Source: an uncultured virus (IMG/VR IMGVR_UViG_3300034050_000143)
Taxonomy: Duplodnaviria; Heunggongvirae; Uroviricota; Caudoviricetes; Crassvirales
Length of the DNA: 20,000 nucleotides
Reading direction: 5' to 3' (one strand)
Virus record (IMG/VR): IMGVR_UViG_3300034050_000143
The notes beneath the pieces are model-generated. The model worked only from the letters and a program-made list of their open reading frames with translations. It made no database searches and had not been told where the DNA came from. Made by a program: the position numbers and the translations under genes. The stretch's first letter is position 1; every line of letters starts with the position of its first letter. This document shows, piece by piece, positions 9,704-17,056 of the stretch.

Positions 9704-9922
9704 TTATTCCGTTAATGGTTCAATATCAATAGGTGCGCTTTCTGGTTTTAATCTTTCAGTCATTAGTTTGATAGCATCGTCATAACTAGGCATTAGTTTT
9801 AAAGTTTGTAACGTTCCAGCGGCTAATGTTGTTAAATGCTGTTGTTCGTCCATTACTTGCTGTAGAACTCTAACTAAAGCTTCTACTTTATTTTTCATTT
9901 CAATTAAACTTTGTTCTTTCAT
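9704..9922 (-). CDS. Hypothetical protein (72 aa, coiled-coil-like)
   Basis: ATGA overlap with the upstream ORF; last gene of the minus-strand operon. Confidence 0.7.
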   Translation of the reverse strand: MKEQSLIEMKNKVEALVRVLQQVMDEQQHLTTLAAGTLQTLKLMPSYDDAIKLMTERLKPESAPIDIEPLTE

Positions 9923-10134
9923 TTTTCTAATTCTTTAATAAGCTTTTTAATCAATTTAAACTCTCCGTGAGTAATTCCTATTGTTCTATCTGTATAATTA
10001 CAAACGTTTATATCAAATCCTTCTCCATTATTCCATTCGGTTATTTCTACATAACCATGTTCTTTAGCTAAAAAATCATAATCTTTTAACGAAGAGAATA
10101 TTGTTTTTCTATCGTATCTTTCTATTTCTTTCAT
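9919..10134 (-). CDS. Hypothetical phage protein (71 aa)
   Basis: 4-bp start/stop overlaps on both sides. Confidence 0.7.
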   Translation of the reverse strand: MKEIERYDRKTIFSSLKDYDFLAKEHGYVEITEWNNGEGFDINVCNYTDRTIGITHGEFKLIKKLIKELEK

Positions 10135-10283
10135 TTGTCTATAGTAAATATAATATTTATGAATGGTAAATATAACACATGTGTATTGAATGTTTGTTCT
10201 TCATAGGTTCTAATTCCAAGCAGAATACCTGGATATGTGCCAATTGCTAATTCCCAACCTTTTTCATCATTGTTTAACGTCAT
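10131..10283 (-). CDS. Small hypothetical protein (50 aa), not in ORF track
   Basis: Manual translation MTLNNDEKGWELAIGTYPGILLGIRTYEEQTFNTHVLYLPFINIIFTIDK*; fills the gap exactly and its TGA overlaps the ATG at 10134. Confidence 0.7.
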   Translation of the reverse strand: MTLNNDEKGWELAIGTYPGILLGIRTYEEQTFNTHVLYLPFINIIFTIDK

Positions 10284-10725
10284 CTTGTCTTTGTTTTAAT
10301 ATTAATCTAACGGTCTCATCACAGTCTTTCTGCGATTGAGGTTTGTATAGTATTCTAGTGTCATTATTATTTGTCATCCAATCTTTAAACATTTTCCAGC
10401 GTAAAGGAAAAGAATCATTCGCTTTACCTTTTGTTTCTATTATAAAATCCCACCCAGTAAAATCTGGAGTATACTTTATATTGAGAACTTTTTTATTACC
10501 TCTATTCACGAAATCACCTTTACCATTTGATTGCCGTTCATAACAGTTATTACTAAACTGAAAAGCATGTAATAATTCAAAGTTCTCGCCTTCGTATCTA
10601 AAATCTATATTAGCATCTTTTAAAGCTTTATACATATACTTTTCCAAACCAGAAGCGAAGGTAATACCATTATATATTACCTTCTTTGAAACAACTGGTC
10701 CTTTTTTCCTACTTATCCTCTTCAT
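10267..10725 (-). CDS. PD-(D/E)XK endonuclease, T7 endonuclease I / Holliday-junction resolvase-like
   Basis: Motifs FASGLE, FRYE, YTPDF and IIETKG follow the T7 gp3 pattern. Confidence 0.8.
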   Translation of the reverse strand: MKRISRKKGPVVSKKVIYNGITFASGLEKYMYKALKDANIDFRYEGENFELLHAFQFSNNCYERQSNGKGDFVNRGNKKVLNIKYTPDFTGWDFIIETKGKANDSFPLRWKMFKDWMTNNNDTRILYKPQSQKDCDETVRLILKQRQDDVKQ

Positions 10726-11096
10726 TAGTTACGATGACCATACTTTTCTTTTTTAGCGTCTACTAATTCGTAATTAACTTTAATATCACCGATAGAACTA
10801 CTACATAAATTTTCTAAATAACCAAAATCTAAAACTTCAGAATCGTCAAACTCTTTTATTAATGCTTCTTCTGTTAAATCTTGTATTTCTTCTCTACATG
10901 CTTGTATATAAAGAATTGCATCCATTAACTCTTCTTGTACATCGTTTAAGTACTTAGCAAGACCTTTCATCTTTGTTGTACGTTCTTCATGTAATGTAGT
11001 TCCGTATTTAGCAAAACCAATATCTGATCTTGATACAAACTTTTGCACTACTCTTTCTACTACAGGATCTCTAAAATCTATTGATACTTTATTCAT
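10725..11096 (-). CDS. All-alpha NTP-pyrophosphatase-like (MazG/dimeric dUTPase superfamily) protein
   Basis: R-x-x-x-G-x-x-KYG-x-TL followed by an acidic helix QEELMDAILY; adjacent to other nucleotide-metabolism genes. Confidence 0.55.
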   Translation of the reverse strand: MNKVSIDFRDPVVERVVQKFVSRSDIGFAKYGTTLHEERTTKMKGLAKYLNDVQEELMDAILYIQACREEIQDLTEEALIKEFDDSEVLDFGYLENLCSSSIGDIKVNYELVDAKKEKYGHRN

Positions 11097-11938
11097 TATA
11101 ATGTTGTTATTAAAGGTTTATTTTCTTTTACAAAAGTACCATTTACCATCTGACCATGTCTTGATTTAATTACGTCATAAGCTGATACAATACAGTCTTC
11201 AACTTTTAATCCCTCTAAGGCAGCTAGATTTGTCAATACAACCATCATATCGCCTATCGCATCAATAAATTCATCTTTATCATTCTTAAGAATAGATCTA
11301 CTTAATTCACCAGCTTCTTCCATTAGTTTTACAAACTGAGTTTTAGTATCACCATTTCTGTATATGCCACGCTCATCAGCCCATTGTCTAATCAAGTCAT
11401 ATACATTAGGAACTTCAACTTCAACTTCTTCAGGTTGATTTTTATGTTCCATTGCTGGACTTTTCTTACCTAATGATTTACAATACTCATCCATTGCTTT
11501 ATTATAAATAAATGAACGAGCTGGATTGTACATAGATGTTTTAGCGTTTTTAACTATCCAATCGCATAGGTCAGGCGTTAAAAGATATTTACCAAAAGAA
11601 TTATCTAATTGAATACCTAAACTATCCATTAAATTACCCTTTAACTTGTTTAGCGGATAAGGAAATGTAGTTGTTTGTTCTGTTACGTTTAATACCATTC
11701 GATTTAATTTTTTGTTTAATTTATTAGTTATTAATTCTTTGTAAGATTGCCTATCTACTTTATAGCCAAATTTGTTTTGAAGTTCTATCTCTTTATTAGA
11801 GATGTAATCTATACATTCACTTGAATCTAGAACTTCATATTCTTTATAACCATAACCTTGTTGTCTAGTTAATCTTTCCTTAAGATTACATGTAACTCCT
11901 ATTTTTTTACCAAATATATGATATAGATAGTATTTCAT
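11096..11938 (-). CDS. Fusion protein: N-terminal GIY-YIG-like domain, unknown middle domain, C-terminal MazG-like pyrophosphohydrolase
   Basis: C-terminal IRQWADERGI...KLMEEAGEL...DAIGDMMVVL is a clear MazG-type EExxE...DxxxD signature. N-terminal YYLYHI...KIGVTCNLKERL resembles the GIY-YIG Y-x-Y...KIG-x-T...R core (less certain). Confidence 0.75.
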   Translation of the reverse strand: MKYYLYHIFGKKIGVTCNLKERLTRQQGYGYKEYEVLDSSECIDYISNKEIELQNKFGYKVDRQSYKELITNKLNKKLNRMVLNVTEQTTTFPYPLNKLKGNLMDSLGIQLDNSFGKYLLTPDLCDWIVKNAKTSMYNPARSFIYNKAMDEYCKSLGKKSPAMEHKNQPEEVEVEVPNVYDLIRQWADERGIYRNGDTKTQFVKLMEEAGELSRSILKNDKDEFIDAIGDMMVVLTNLAALEGLKVEDCIVSAYDVIKSRHGQMVNGTFVKENKPLITTL

Positions 11939-11941
11939 AAT

Positions 11942-12121
11942 TTATTCTTTTACAATTACTTCTAAGTTAAAAGACTCTAAATCTACAATTAAACCAACAG
12001 GTTCTAAACCGTTTTCTATTAATTTATTAAAAAACTCTTTTAAATTGTTTCTTATAAAGTAACCACCTCTAGCATTATAATCACCGTCTTTCCAAAATTC
12101 TATTGTTTTTTTATCTTCCAT
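11942..12121 (-). CDS. Small hypothetical protein (59 aa), not in ORF track
   Basis: Manual translation MEDKKTIEFWKDGDYNARGGYFIRNNLKEFFNKLIENGLEPVGLIVDLESFNLEVIVKE*; fills the gap and stops 3 nt before the next ATG. Confidence 0.7.
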   Translation of the reverse strand: MEDKKTIEFWKDGDYNARGGYFIRNNLKEFFNKLIENGLEPVGLIVDLESFNLEVIVKE

Positions 12122-12294
12122 AATTGTTTAATATTTTCTACTTCTTGTTTAACTTCATACCAGTATTTTGCTCCTGTTTCTTTTATTAATTGATTAACTG
12201 CTACCAAAGCGCATTGTTGTGCTTTTTCTTCATCCGCTATTATATCTCTATAGAATTTAAAGAATAAATGAAACGCTTGTTCTTTTGGTCTCAT
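12100..12294 (-). CDS. Hypothetical phage protein (64 aa)
   Basis: Start overlaps the stop of the TS-family gene by 4 bp; AQQCALVAV...YWYEVKQEVE helical pattern. Confidence 0.7.
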   Translation of the reverse strand: MRPKEQAFHLFFKFYRDIIADEEKAQQCALVAVNQLIKETGAKYWYEVKQEVENIKQLWKIKKQ

Positions 12295-12929
12295 AATTTG
12301 TCGTTGTATAAATGTAAATTATGAGCAAAATGATAATATGTACCAATCTCTATTTGTAATATATGAGCAATATCAGCTTGTAAGTTTGAAAAACAGAATT
12401 GATCGTTACAGAAACCATACCAAATATCATTAGAACGCATTAGAACGGCCATATTTAATTTACCGTCTAATATTGTAAACTGAATAGCATACGTACAAGG
12501 AGTGTCATTAGAATACGTATCTATCTCTTTGCCATCATATATTGATATAGTTGCTTTTCTAGTGTTTGGATTGTCTTGAAGTAGTTTTATAACTTTACCT
12601 ATTTGGTCGTTTCGTTTCCACTGCCAACCATAATTAGATCTAACGTTTCCATTCTCGTCCATCATGTTTTTCCATATTGGAGCAAACTTTGATATTTCTT
12701 CTGCATTAGGATCACCAGATAAATACCACATCCATTCTCTCATAGCATAGACTGGATTCCATTTCCTACTAAGATCTCTAATAGAATTGTCTGTTGGATT
12801 TTCTATGTAGAAACCTACGTTAAACAAAGCTTTAGTGTCGTCAAAATCAACTCCTTCTAAGATTATTTTGTCTAATAAATATCTGTAGGCTTCATCTGCA
12901 TTTTTAAAACTATTTTTCATACTTGTCAT
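12291..12929 (-). CDS. Thymidylate-synthase-fold enzyme, probably dCMP (hydroxy)methyltransferase rather than ThyA
   Basis: Catalytic DTPCT (C145), MRSNDIWYGFCND with Asp176 at the position of E. coli ThyA Asn177, NVRSNYGW, and HNLHLY. Family call is strong; substrate call is inference. Confidence 0.8.
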   Translation of the reverse strand: MTSMKNSFKNADEAYRYLLDKIILEGVDFDDTKALFNVGFYIENPTDNSIRDLSRKWNPVYAMREWMWYLSGDPNAEEISKFAPIWKNMMDENGNVRSNYGWQWKRNDQIGKVIKLLQDNPNTRKATISIYDGKEIDTYSNDTPCTYAIQFTILDGKLNMAVLMRSNDIWYGFCNDQFCFSNLQADIAHILQIEIGTYYHFAHNLHLYNDKL

Positions 12930-13155
12930 AATAATATGTGTAATACTTGAATATTTGTTTCCATATTTCGTTTTTTTTGTATGTAACTGGACTTATACTT
13001 ATCTTTTTATTCATATCGATACATATAAACCATTCTATTAAAGATTTAGCTTGTGGTGATATATAAATGCCATTATTGACACACCAAACATGTGCTTTTC
13101 TTTCTTTATCAGAAGGAAGATAATCTCCCATGTCTACACCTTTTTTAACCGCCAC
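12910..13155 (-). CDS. Hypothetical protein (81 aa)
   Basis: Abuts the primase-helicase stop and overlaps the TS-family gene start. Confidence 0.7.
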   Translation of the reverse strand: MAVKKGVDMGDYLPSDKERKAHVWCVNNGIYISPQAKSLIEWFICIDMNKKISISPVTYKKNEIWKQIFKYYTYYYDKYEK

Positions 13156-14868
13156 TTAGTCCCAAGGCATTTTATCATCACTAGTGTCTAATGGTTCATG
13201 AGGTATAAAACAACCAGAACGTGGTTCCCATTTAAAATGCGCTTCTGCTCCGTTCTCACCGAGGTTTTGAAACTTTACTTTAAGTACTTTACATTTAACT
13301 GTTTTATCTTCATAATTCCTATGAACTAATAAACCATGATACGAAGCATCATACCATTCACCACCACCTTTTATATTATACATAGTAGGTTCTTCTATTT
13401 TACCTTCTCTATCTTTATACATTTTAGTTGGGTGAGCAACTACGATAACTAATACATCATACTTTTTAGCAAAGACTTCTATCTGTTGTAGATATTCTAA
13501 CGTATAAACATTTACATCTCCAGAAGCATCTGTTGCTCTAACCTTATTAAATGGATCTATAACAAGACATTTAATACCTTTACGTTTAACCAACTCAGCA
13601 CCTTTTCTAAGAACAGACTCTAACGTATAACGTTCCATGTCTATAAAGAAATAACTACTATTAACATGCGTTGCTATTTGATTCCACTTTTCTCCGTGTA
13701 TATCTTCTGCTGAAGGCATATCGCCCCAGGTTTTACGCATTAGTTTATGAGCATGTAAATAAGTAGGTTGATTCTCTGGTGAAGCAAATGCTGTTTTCCA
13801 ACCATACTTACCATTGTAACCTACAACCATTTGGTCAACAAAATCAGACTTACCACTGCTAGGTATACCAGTAACGGTAATAAACTGACCCGTATAAGTA
13901 GAAAATATGCTATCAAAGTTATCGAGTCCGACTTGAAACCCAGGTTTGAAACCATTTCTAACAAAATCCGTGACTTCATCTTCAATGTCACGGAATGTAG
14001 TAACATTTTCCAGCGGAACAGGTTTAGATCTTGATATTCTTTGTGATAATGCTTCTTTTCCATATTTAATTAAGTATTCGTTTGCGTCTTTACAATCATC
14101 GAAAGTTGCAATATAACAAGTTTCTGATCCTAGTCGTCTAACTAGTTCTGTCTGTAAGGCTTGCCCAGCAGCGTCTGAATCAACTGCAATAATGATTTTT
14201 GATTTGTCTTCAAAGTAATCAATACAATTATCTAAGTACTCGAGATTGTTTGTGCCTAAGGTTGCACCATTAGGAACAGATATTGCATTAGTAATCCCTG
14301 CTTCGTGTAATGCTAATACGTCCATTTCGCCTTCAACAATAACACAATATTCAAAACCTACAATGCTGTTAATATTATAGAATACTTTTTCAGCTCCTTT
14401 GAATAATTTAAAGTGTTTATGCCCGTCTCTGTATTTTACATTGATAAGTTGATCGCCAATAAAATAATTAAAGTGTATAGCATTTTCTGTTTTACCAGTT
14501 TGAGGCATAAACTCTGGCCCTTCTGTAACTTGTAAATCTGTTAATGTTTGTTTTGATATTCCACGATCCGCAAACCAGTCAGCCACTTTTGAACTAGGTG
14601 GTAATACCGTAATTGCTGTTGGCCTTGTATATACTTTTTCACTTGCACCTTTACGTTGATAGGTATGTAATTGAAAAGTCTTGTTGCAGTTATGGCAAGT
14701 ACCTATGCCCCGCTCCCAATCATAAGATGCACACTTTGCTTTTTCATTCTTAGGTTTTCTATCAGAAGAACACATAGGACAAACACCTTGCGTTTTACCT
14801 TCTTCTAGACCATATTGATTGAAAGTATCAATCAAGAATCCATTGATCTCTGTATTATTTACTTGCAT
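13156..14868 (-). CDS. DNA primase-helicase (T7 gp4/Twinkle-like)
   Basis: Zn-binding CPMC...CHNC, TOPRIM VIVEGEMD and DSD, Walker A TGIPSSGKS, Walker B LVIDP, SF4 motif VVAHP. Confidence 0.95.
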   Translation of the reverse strand: MQVNNTEINGFLIDTFNQYGLEEGKTQGVCPMCSSDRKPKNEKAKCASYDWERGIGTCHNCNKTFQLHTYQRKGASEKVYTRPTAITVLPPSSKVADWFADRGISKQTLTDLQVTEGPEFMPQTGKTENAIHFNYFIGDQLINVKYRDGHKHFKLFKGAEKVFYNINSIVGFEYCVIVEGEMDVLALHEAGITNAISVPNGATLGTNNLEYLDNCIDYFEDKSKIIIAVDSDAAGQALQTELVRRLGSETCYIATFDDCKDANEYLIKYGKEALSQRISRSKPVPLENVTTFRDIEDEVTDFVRNGFKPGFQVGLDNFDSIFSTYTGQFITVTGIPSSGKSDFVDQMVVGYNGKYGWKTAFASPENQPTYLHAHKLMRKTWGDMPSAEDIHGEKWNQIATHVNSSYFFIDMERYTLESVLRKGAELVKRKGIKCLVIDPFNKVRATDASGDVNVYTLEYLQQIEVFAKKYDVLVIVVAHPTKMYKDREGKIEEPTMYNIKGGGEWYDASYHGLLVHRNYEDKTVKCKVLKVKFQNLGENGAEAHFKWEPRSGCFIPHEPLDTSDDKMPWD

Positions 14869-14896
14869 TTATTAGATTTAATTGTTACTAATTATA

Positions 14897-14924
14897 GATA
14901 GAAAAACCCCAGTAAATGGGGTTT
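14897..14924 (-). terminator. Intrinsic terminator between ssb and primase-helicase
   Basis: Minus strand AAACCCCA-tttac-TGGGGTTT-TTCTATC: GC-rich stem followed by a U-run. Confidence 0.75.
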
Positions 14925-14931
14925 AACTAAC

Positions 14932-15097
14932 TACAGTGTGTTATAGGGCAGTTGGACTCGAAAGTTTACAACCACACTATATAAAAGGCGATTCTTATTT
15001 GTAACCCCTGCAGCGGTGTCGCCTAACGCCACTAACTATAAGGCTGTCTAGATTTCATTCTGTACCAGCGACTGTCTAAATTACATCCTGCCTTATA
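14932..15097 (-). ncRNA. Candidate structured cis-regulatory RNA / ncRNA with three stem-closed modules (family not recognised)
   Basis: Closing stems TATAAGGC/GCCTTATA (15097-15037), AGGCGA/TCGCCT (15024-14986), TATAGTGTG/CACACTGTA (14981-14932). About 42% GC by hand count (72/170 over 14931-15100), well above other intergenic tracts. Non-WC pairs read G-U on the minus strand but A-C on plus. Confidence 0.55.
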
Positions 15098-15099
15098 TT

Positions 15100-15420
15100 C
15101 TAGAACGGTAAATCGTCAAACACTTCTTTAGGTGCTGCTTTCTTAGGTGCTGCACTTTGTTGTTGACCGTCTTTAGGAGCTACATTTACATTTTCTCCAT
15201 TAGTCCATAAGACTTTTACATTACCTAAGTAAACTTTAGGAGATTTAGCATCTCTTTCGTCTTTACTTTGCCCAACAGTAATTGGACCTTGGTTTCCAAA
15301 CTTATCAAAATCATCATTAAGTACTATTGTAATAGGTAAATACTTACCTTTAGCACCACTGATGATCTTGTCTTTTGGAATTTCGTTTAAATTAATACTT
15401 GCATTGATAATTGAAGCCAT
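15100..15420 (-). CDS. ssb: Single-stranded DNA-binding protein
   Basis: OB-fold-like beta pattern (GKYLPITIVLND...YLGNVKVLW), flexible linker, acidic C-terminal DDLPF tail; adjacent to exonuclease and ERF. Confidence 0.85.
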   Translation of the reverse strand: MASIINASINLNEIPKDKIISGAKGKYLPITIVLNDDFDKFGNQGPITVGQSKDERDAKSPKVYLGNVKVLWTNGENVNVAPKDGQQQSAAPKKAAPKEVFDDLPF

Positions 15421-15421
15421 A

Positions 15422-15559
15422 TTAGAATATATTGAATTGGTTAAAAAATTGTTTTAATCTTTCGTAAACACTGAGTTGTTGTTTTACTTTCTTGTAAGTC
15501 TTTAAATCATTTGATTCTTCAGGTTTAATAGGAATGATTACTTTTTTTGGTCTATTCAT
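15422..15559 (-). CDS. Small basic hypothetical protein (45 aa), not in ORF track
   Basis: MNRPKKVIIPIKPEESNDLKTYKKVKQQLSVYERLKQFFNQFNIF*; fills the gap, stop 1 nt before the ssb ATG. Confidence 0.6.
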   Translation of the reverse strand: MNRPKKVIIPIKPEESNDLKTYKKVKQQLSVYERLKQFFNQFNIF

Positions 15560-15568
15560 AGTTAAAAA

Positions 15569-16300
15569 TTAAAGTGTTAAATTTATAAAATAGTTTTCAG
15601 GAACAAAGTCTGGATCGTTGTAAAATAGATTATAAGCTTCAACAGCTTTCTCAACTTTTTCCTTACCTGTTTCTAAGAATTTATCAGAACAATCATATAT
15701 ACCTATTTGATTTGTTACTTTATCTATAGCCATAAAAACCATATCGTAACCAAATAACTGTTTATATATATAAGCTTGACTATCGTAGTTATACTTTTTA
15801 GCAGAGTATCTAAAATCTGCAAGATTAGATGTAGTTTTTAAATCTACAATTAGTTTTTCTGAATGATTAAGTATATCTGCTTTACCTTTCCACATTACAC
15901 CTGCTATTTCAGCAATACCAGGAACTTCATAATCATTGTTATCTGCTCTTATTAATCCTCTACATACTTCATTAGATAATACCTTATCTATCATCAACTC
16001 TAACTGATCTACTTCATGATTTAATAAACACATTTCTCCACCAGATAACTCTTTATATATATTTGTATTTCTAGTCGATGCTTGAATTACTTTATATTTT
16101 TTAAGTTTATCAGGTTCTAGTATAGCTGTATGGAAATAACCACCGATTAAGAAATTTATATTTTGTGGATTAGGATCTTTTAAAGCTAATGGATTTGTTA
16201 GTAAAGTACCAACATTTGAATTGCTAAGAAACTGCTTCCCAAAATCACCATAATAATCTTCATCATTTTTAAGTCTTTCTAATATTAATTCTTTTTTCAT
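15569..16300 (-). CDS. PD-(D/E)XK exonuclease (DUF3799 / RecE-ExoVIII-like)
   Basis: FLSNS, GGYFHTAILEP, KGKADIL, IVDLKTT, YDSQAYIY motifs; next to the ERF annealase. Confidence 0.85.
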   Translation of the reverse strand: MKKELILERLKNDEDYYGDFGKQFLSNSNVGTLLTNPLALKDPNPQNINFLIGGYFHTAILEPDKLKKYKVIQASTRNTNIYKELSGGEMCLLNHEVDQLELMIDKVLSNEVCRGLIRADNNDYEVPGIAEIAGVMWKGKADILNHSEKLIVDLKTTSNLADFRYSAKKYNYDSQAYIYKQLFGYDMVFMAIDKVTNQIGIYDCSDKFLETGKEKVEKAVEAYNLFYNDPDFVPENYFINLTL

Positions 16301-16301
16301 A

Positions 16302-16856
16302 TTATAGTTTAGATAAAATTGTTATTTGCTCTTTACTTAAATCGTATTTGCCTTTAATAGTTTCCAAAGAACCACCTGTCTCTACAAACGTCTTAGCTTT
16401 TTCAAGACCAGCAGCATCTAATTTCGCTTTAACAGGTTCAGTTTTACCATGTGTATTTGAAGCATCTGCATCAGCAGTGTCATCAATAAGTAATAAATTA
16501 CCAAGAGCATATTTTTTACCATAACTAGAAGCAGAACCAAATGCCTGTGGCGTCTGCATACCTTTTTGAACTAAGTCTACACCAACAATAGCTTTAACTT
16601 CTATTGAATTTTCACTAAAAGCATCGTGTATAGCAGCTTTGCTAATAATAACTGGTAAATCGTGAGAATAAATATAATCCTCATTTATTGTAAAATACAC
16701 ACCATATTTTTCGTTAAAAGGTTTTAAGCCTTCTAATATATCCTCAGCGGATCTAAAATTGTATTTACCAAACGAATTGTATCTACTTTTATTTGACTTA
16801 AACTCAATTTGAATTCTAGACAACTTGATAGACAAAGGCAACTTTTGATTTTCCAT
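16302..16856 (-). CDS. erf: ERF-family ssDNA annealing protein (recombinase)
   Basis: N-terminal K-x-x-x-N-x-F-x-KY-x-FRSAEDI and the ERF signature QAFGSASSYGKKYAL...DDTADAD. Confidence 0.9.
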   Translation of the reverse strand: MENQKLPLSIKLSRIQIEFKSNKSRYNSFGKYNFRSAEDILEGLKPFNEKYGVYFTINEDYIYSHDLPVIISKAAIHDAFSENSIEVKAIVGVDLVQKGMQTPQAFGSASSYGKKYALGNLLLIDDTADADASNTHGKTEPVKAKLDAAGLEKAKTFVETGGSLETIKGKYDLSKEQITILSKL

Positions 16857-16869
16857 ATATTTAATTTAA

Positions 16870-16986
16870 TTAATTTAAAAATTCTCTAATAAAATGTACA
16901 ACCATACCCACCATTAATACTGCAACACCAATCATTATTATTCCAATAAAAATGGGTGCTATAGTATGCATAACAAAATCTTCCAT
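16870..16986 (-). CDS. Small single-pass membrane peptide (38 aa), not in ORF track
   Basis: MEDFVMHTIAPIFIGIIMIGVAVLMVGMVVHFIREFLN*; leader aattaaattaaattatATG nearly identical to that of erf (aattaaattaaatatATG). Confidence 0.6.
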   Translation of the reverse strand: MEDFVMHTIAPIFIGIIMIGVAVLMVGMVVHFIREFLN

Positions 16987-17017
16987 ATAATTTAATTTAA
17001 TTGTTTAACTTTTATAT

Positions 17018-17050
17018 CTATATAATTACGTATTTTTCAATCTTTTTACA
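17018..17050 (-). promoter_or_regulatory. Candidate phage promoter upstream of the recombination/replication operon
   Basis: Only sizeable gap (about 70 nt) between the sigma gene and the downstream operon; reads TGTAAAAAGATTGAAAAATACGTAATTATATAG; lacks the Bacteroidota TAnnTTTG box. Positional inference only. Confidence 0.3.
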
Positions 17051-17056
17051 TTTAAC

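Noticed and set aside
12291..12929. Plain thyA annotation
   Set aside because: Asp replaces the dUMP-specifying Asn, and the motifs follow the dCMP hydroxymethylase pattern; symbol withheld.
14940..14975. tRNA-like TTCGAGTCCAACTGCCCTA on the minus strand
   Set aside because: No contiguous 5' T-stem, and no matching acceptor, D or anticodon arms; no cloverleaf can be built.
14986..15097. Known self-cleaving ribozymes (hammerhead, twister, pistol, HDV/theta) in the structured region
   Set aside because: Topology is partly reminiscent, but conserved cores are absent (no CUGAnGA, no twister L4 GUnnnAAGC, HDV-type L3 too short and no catalytic C in place).
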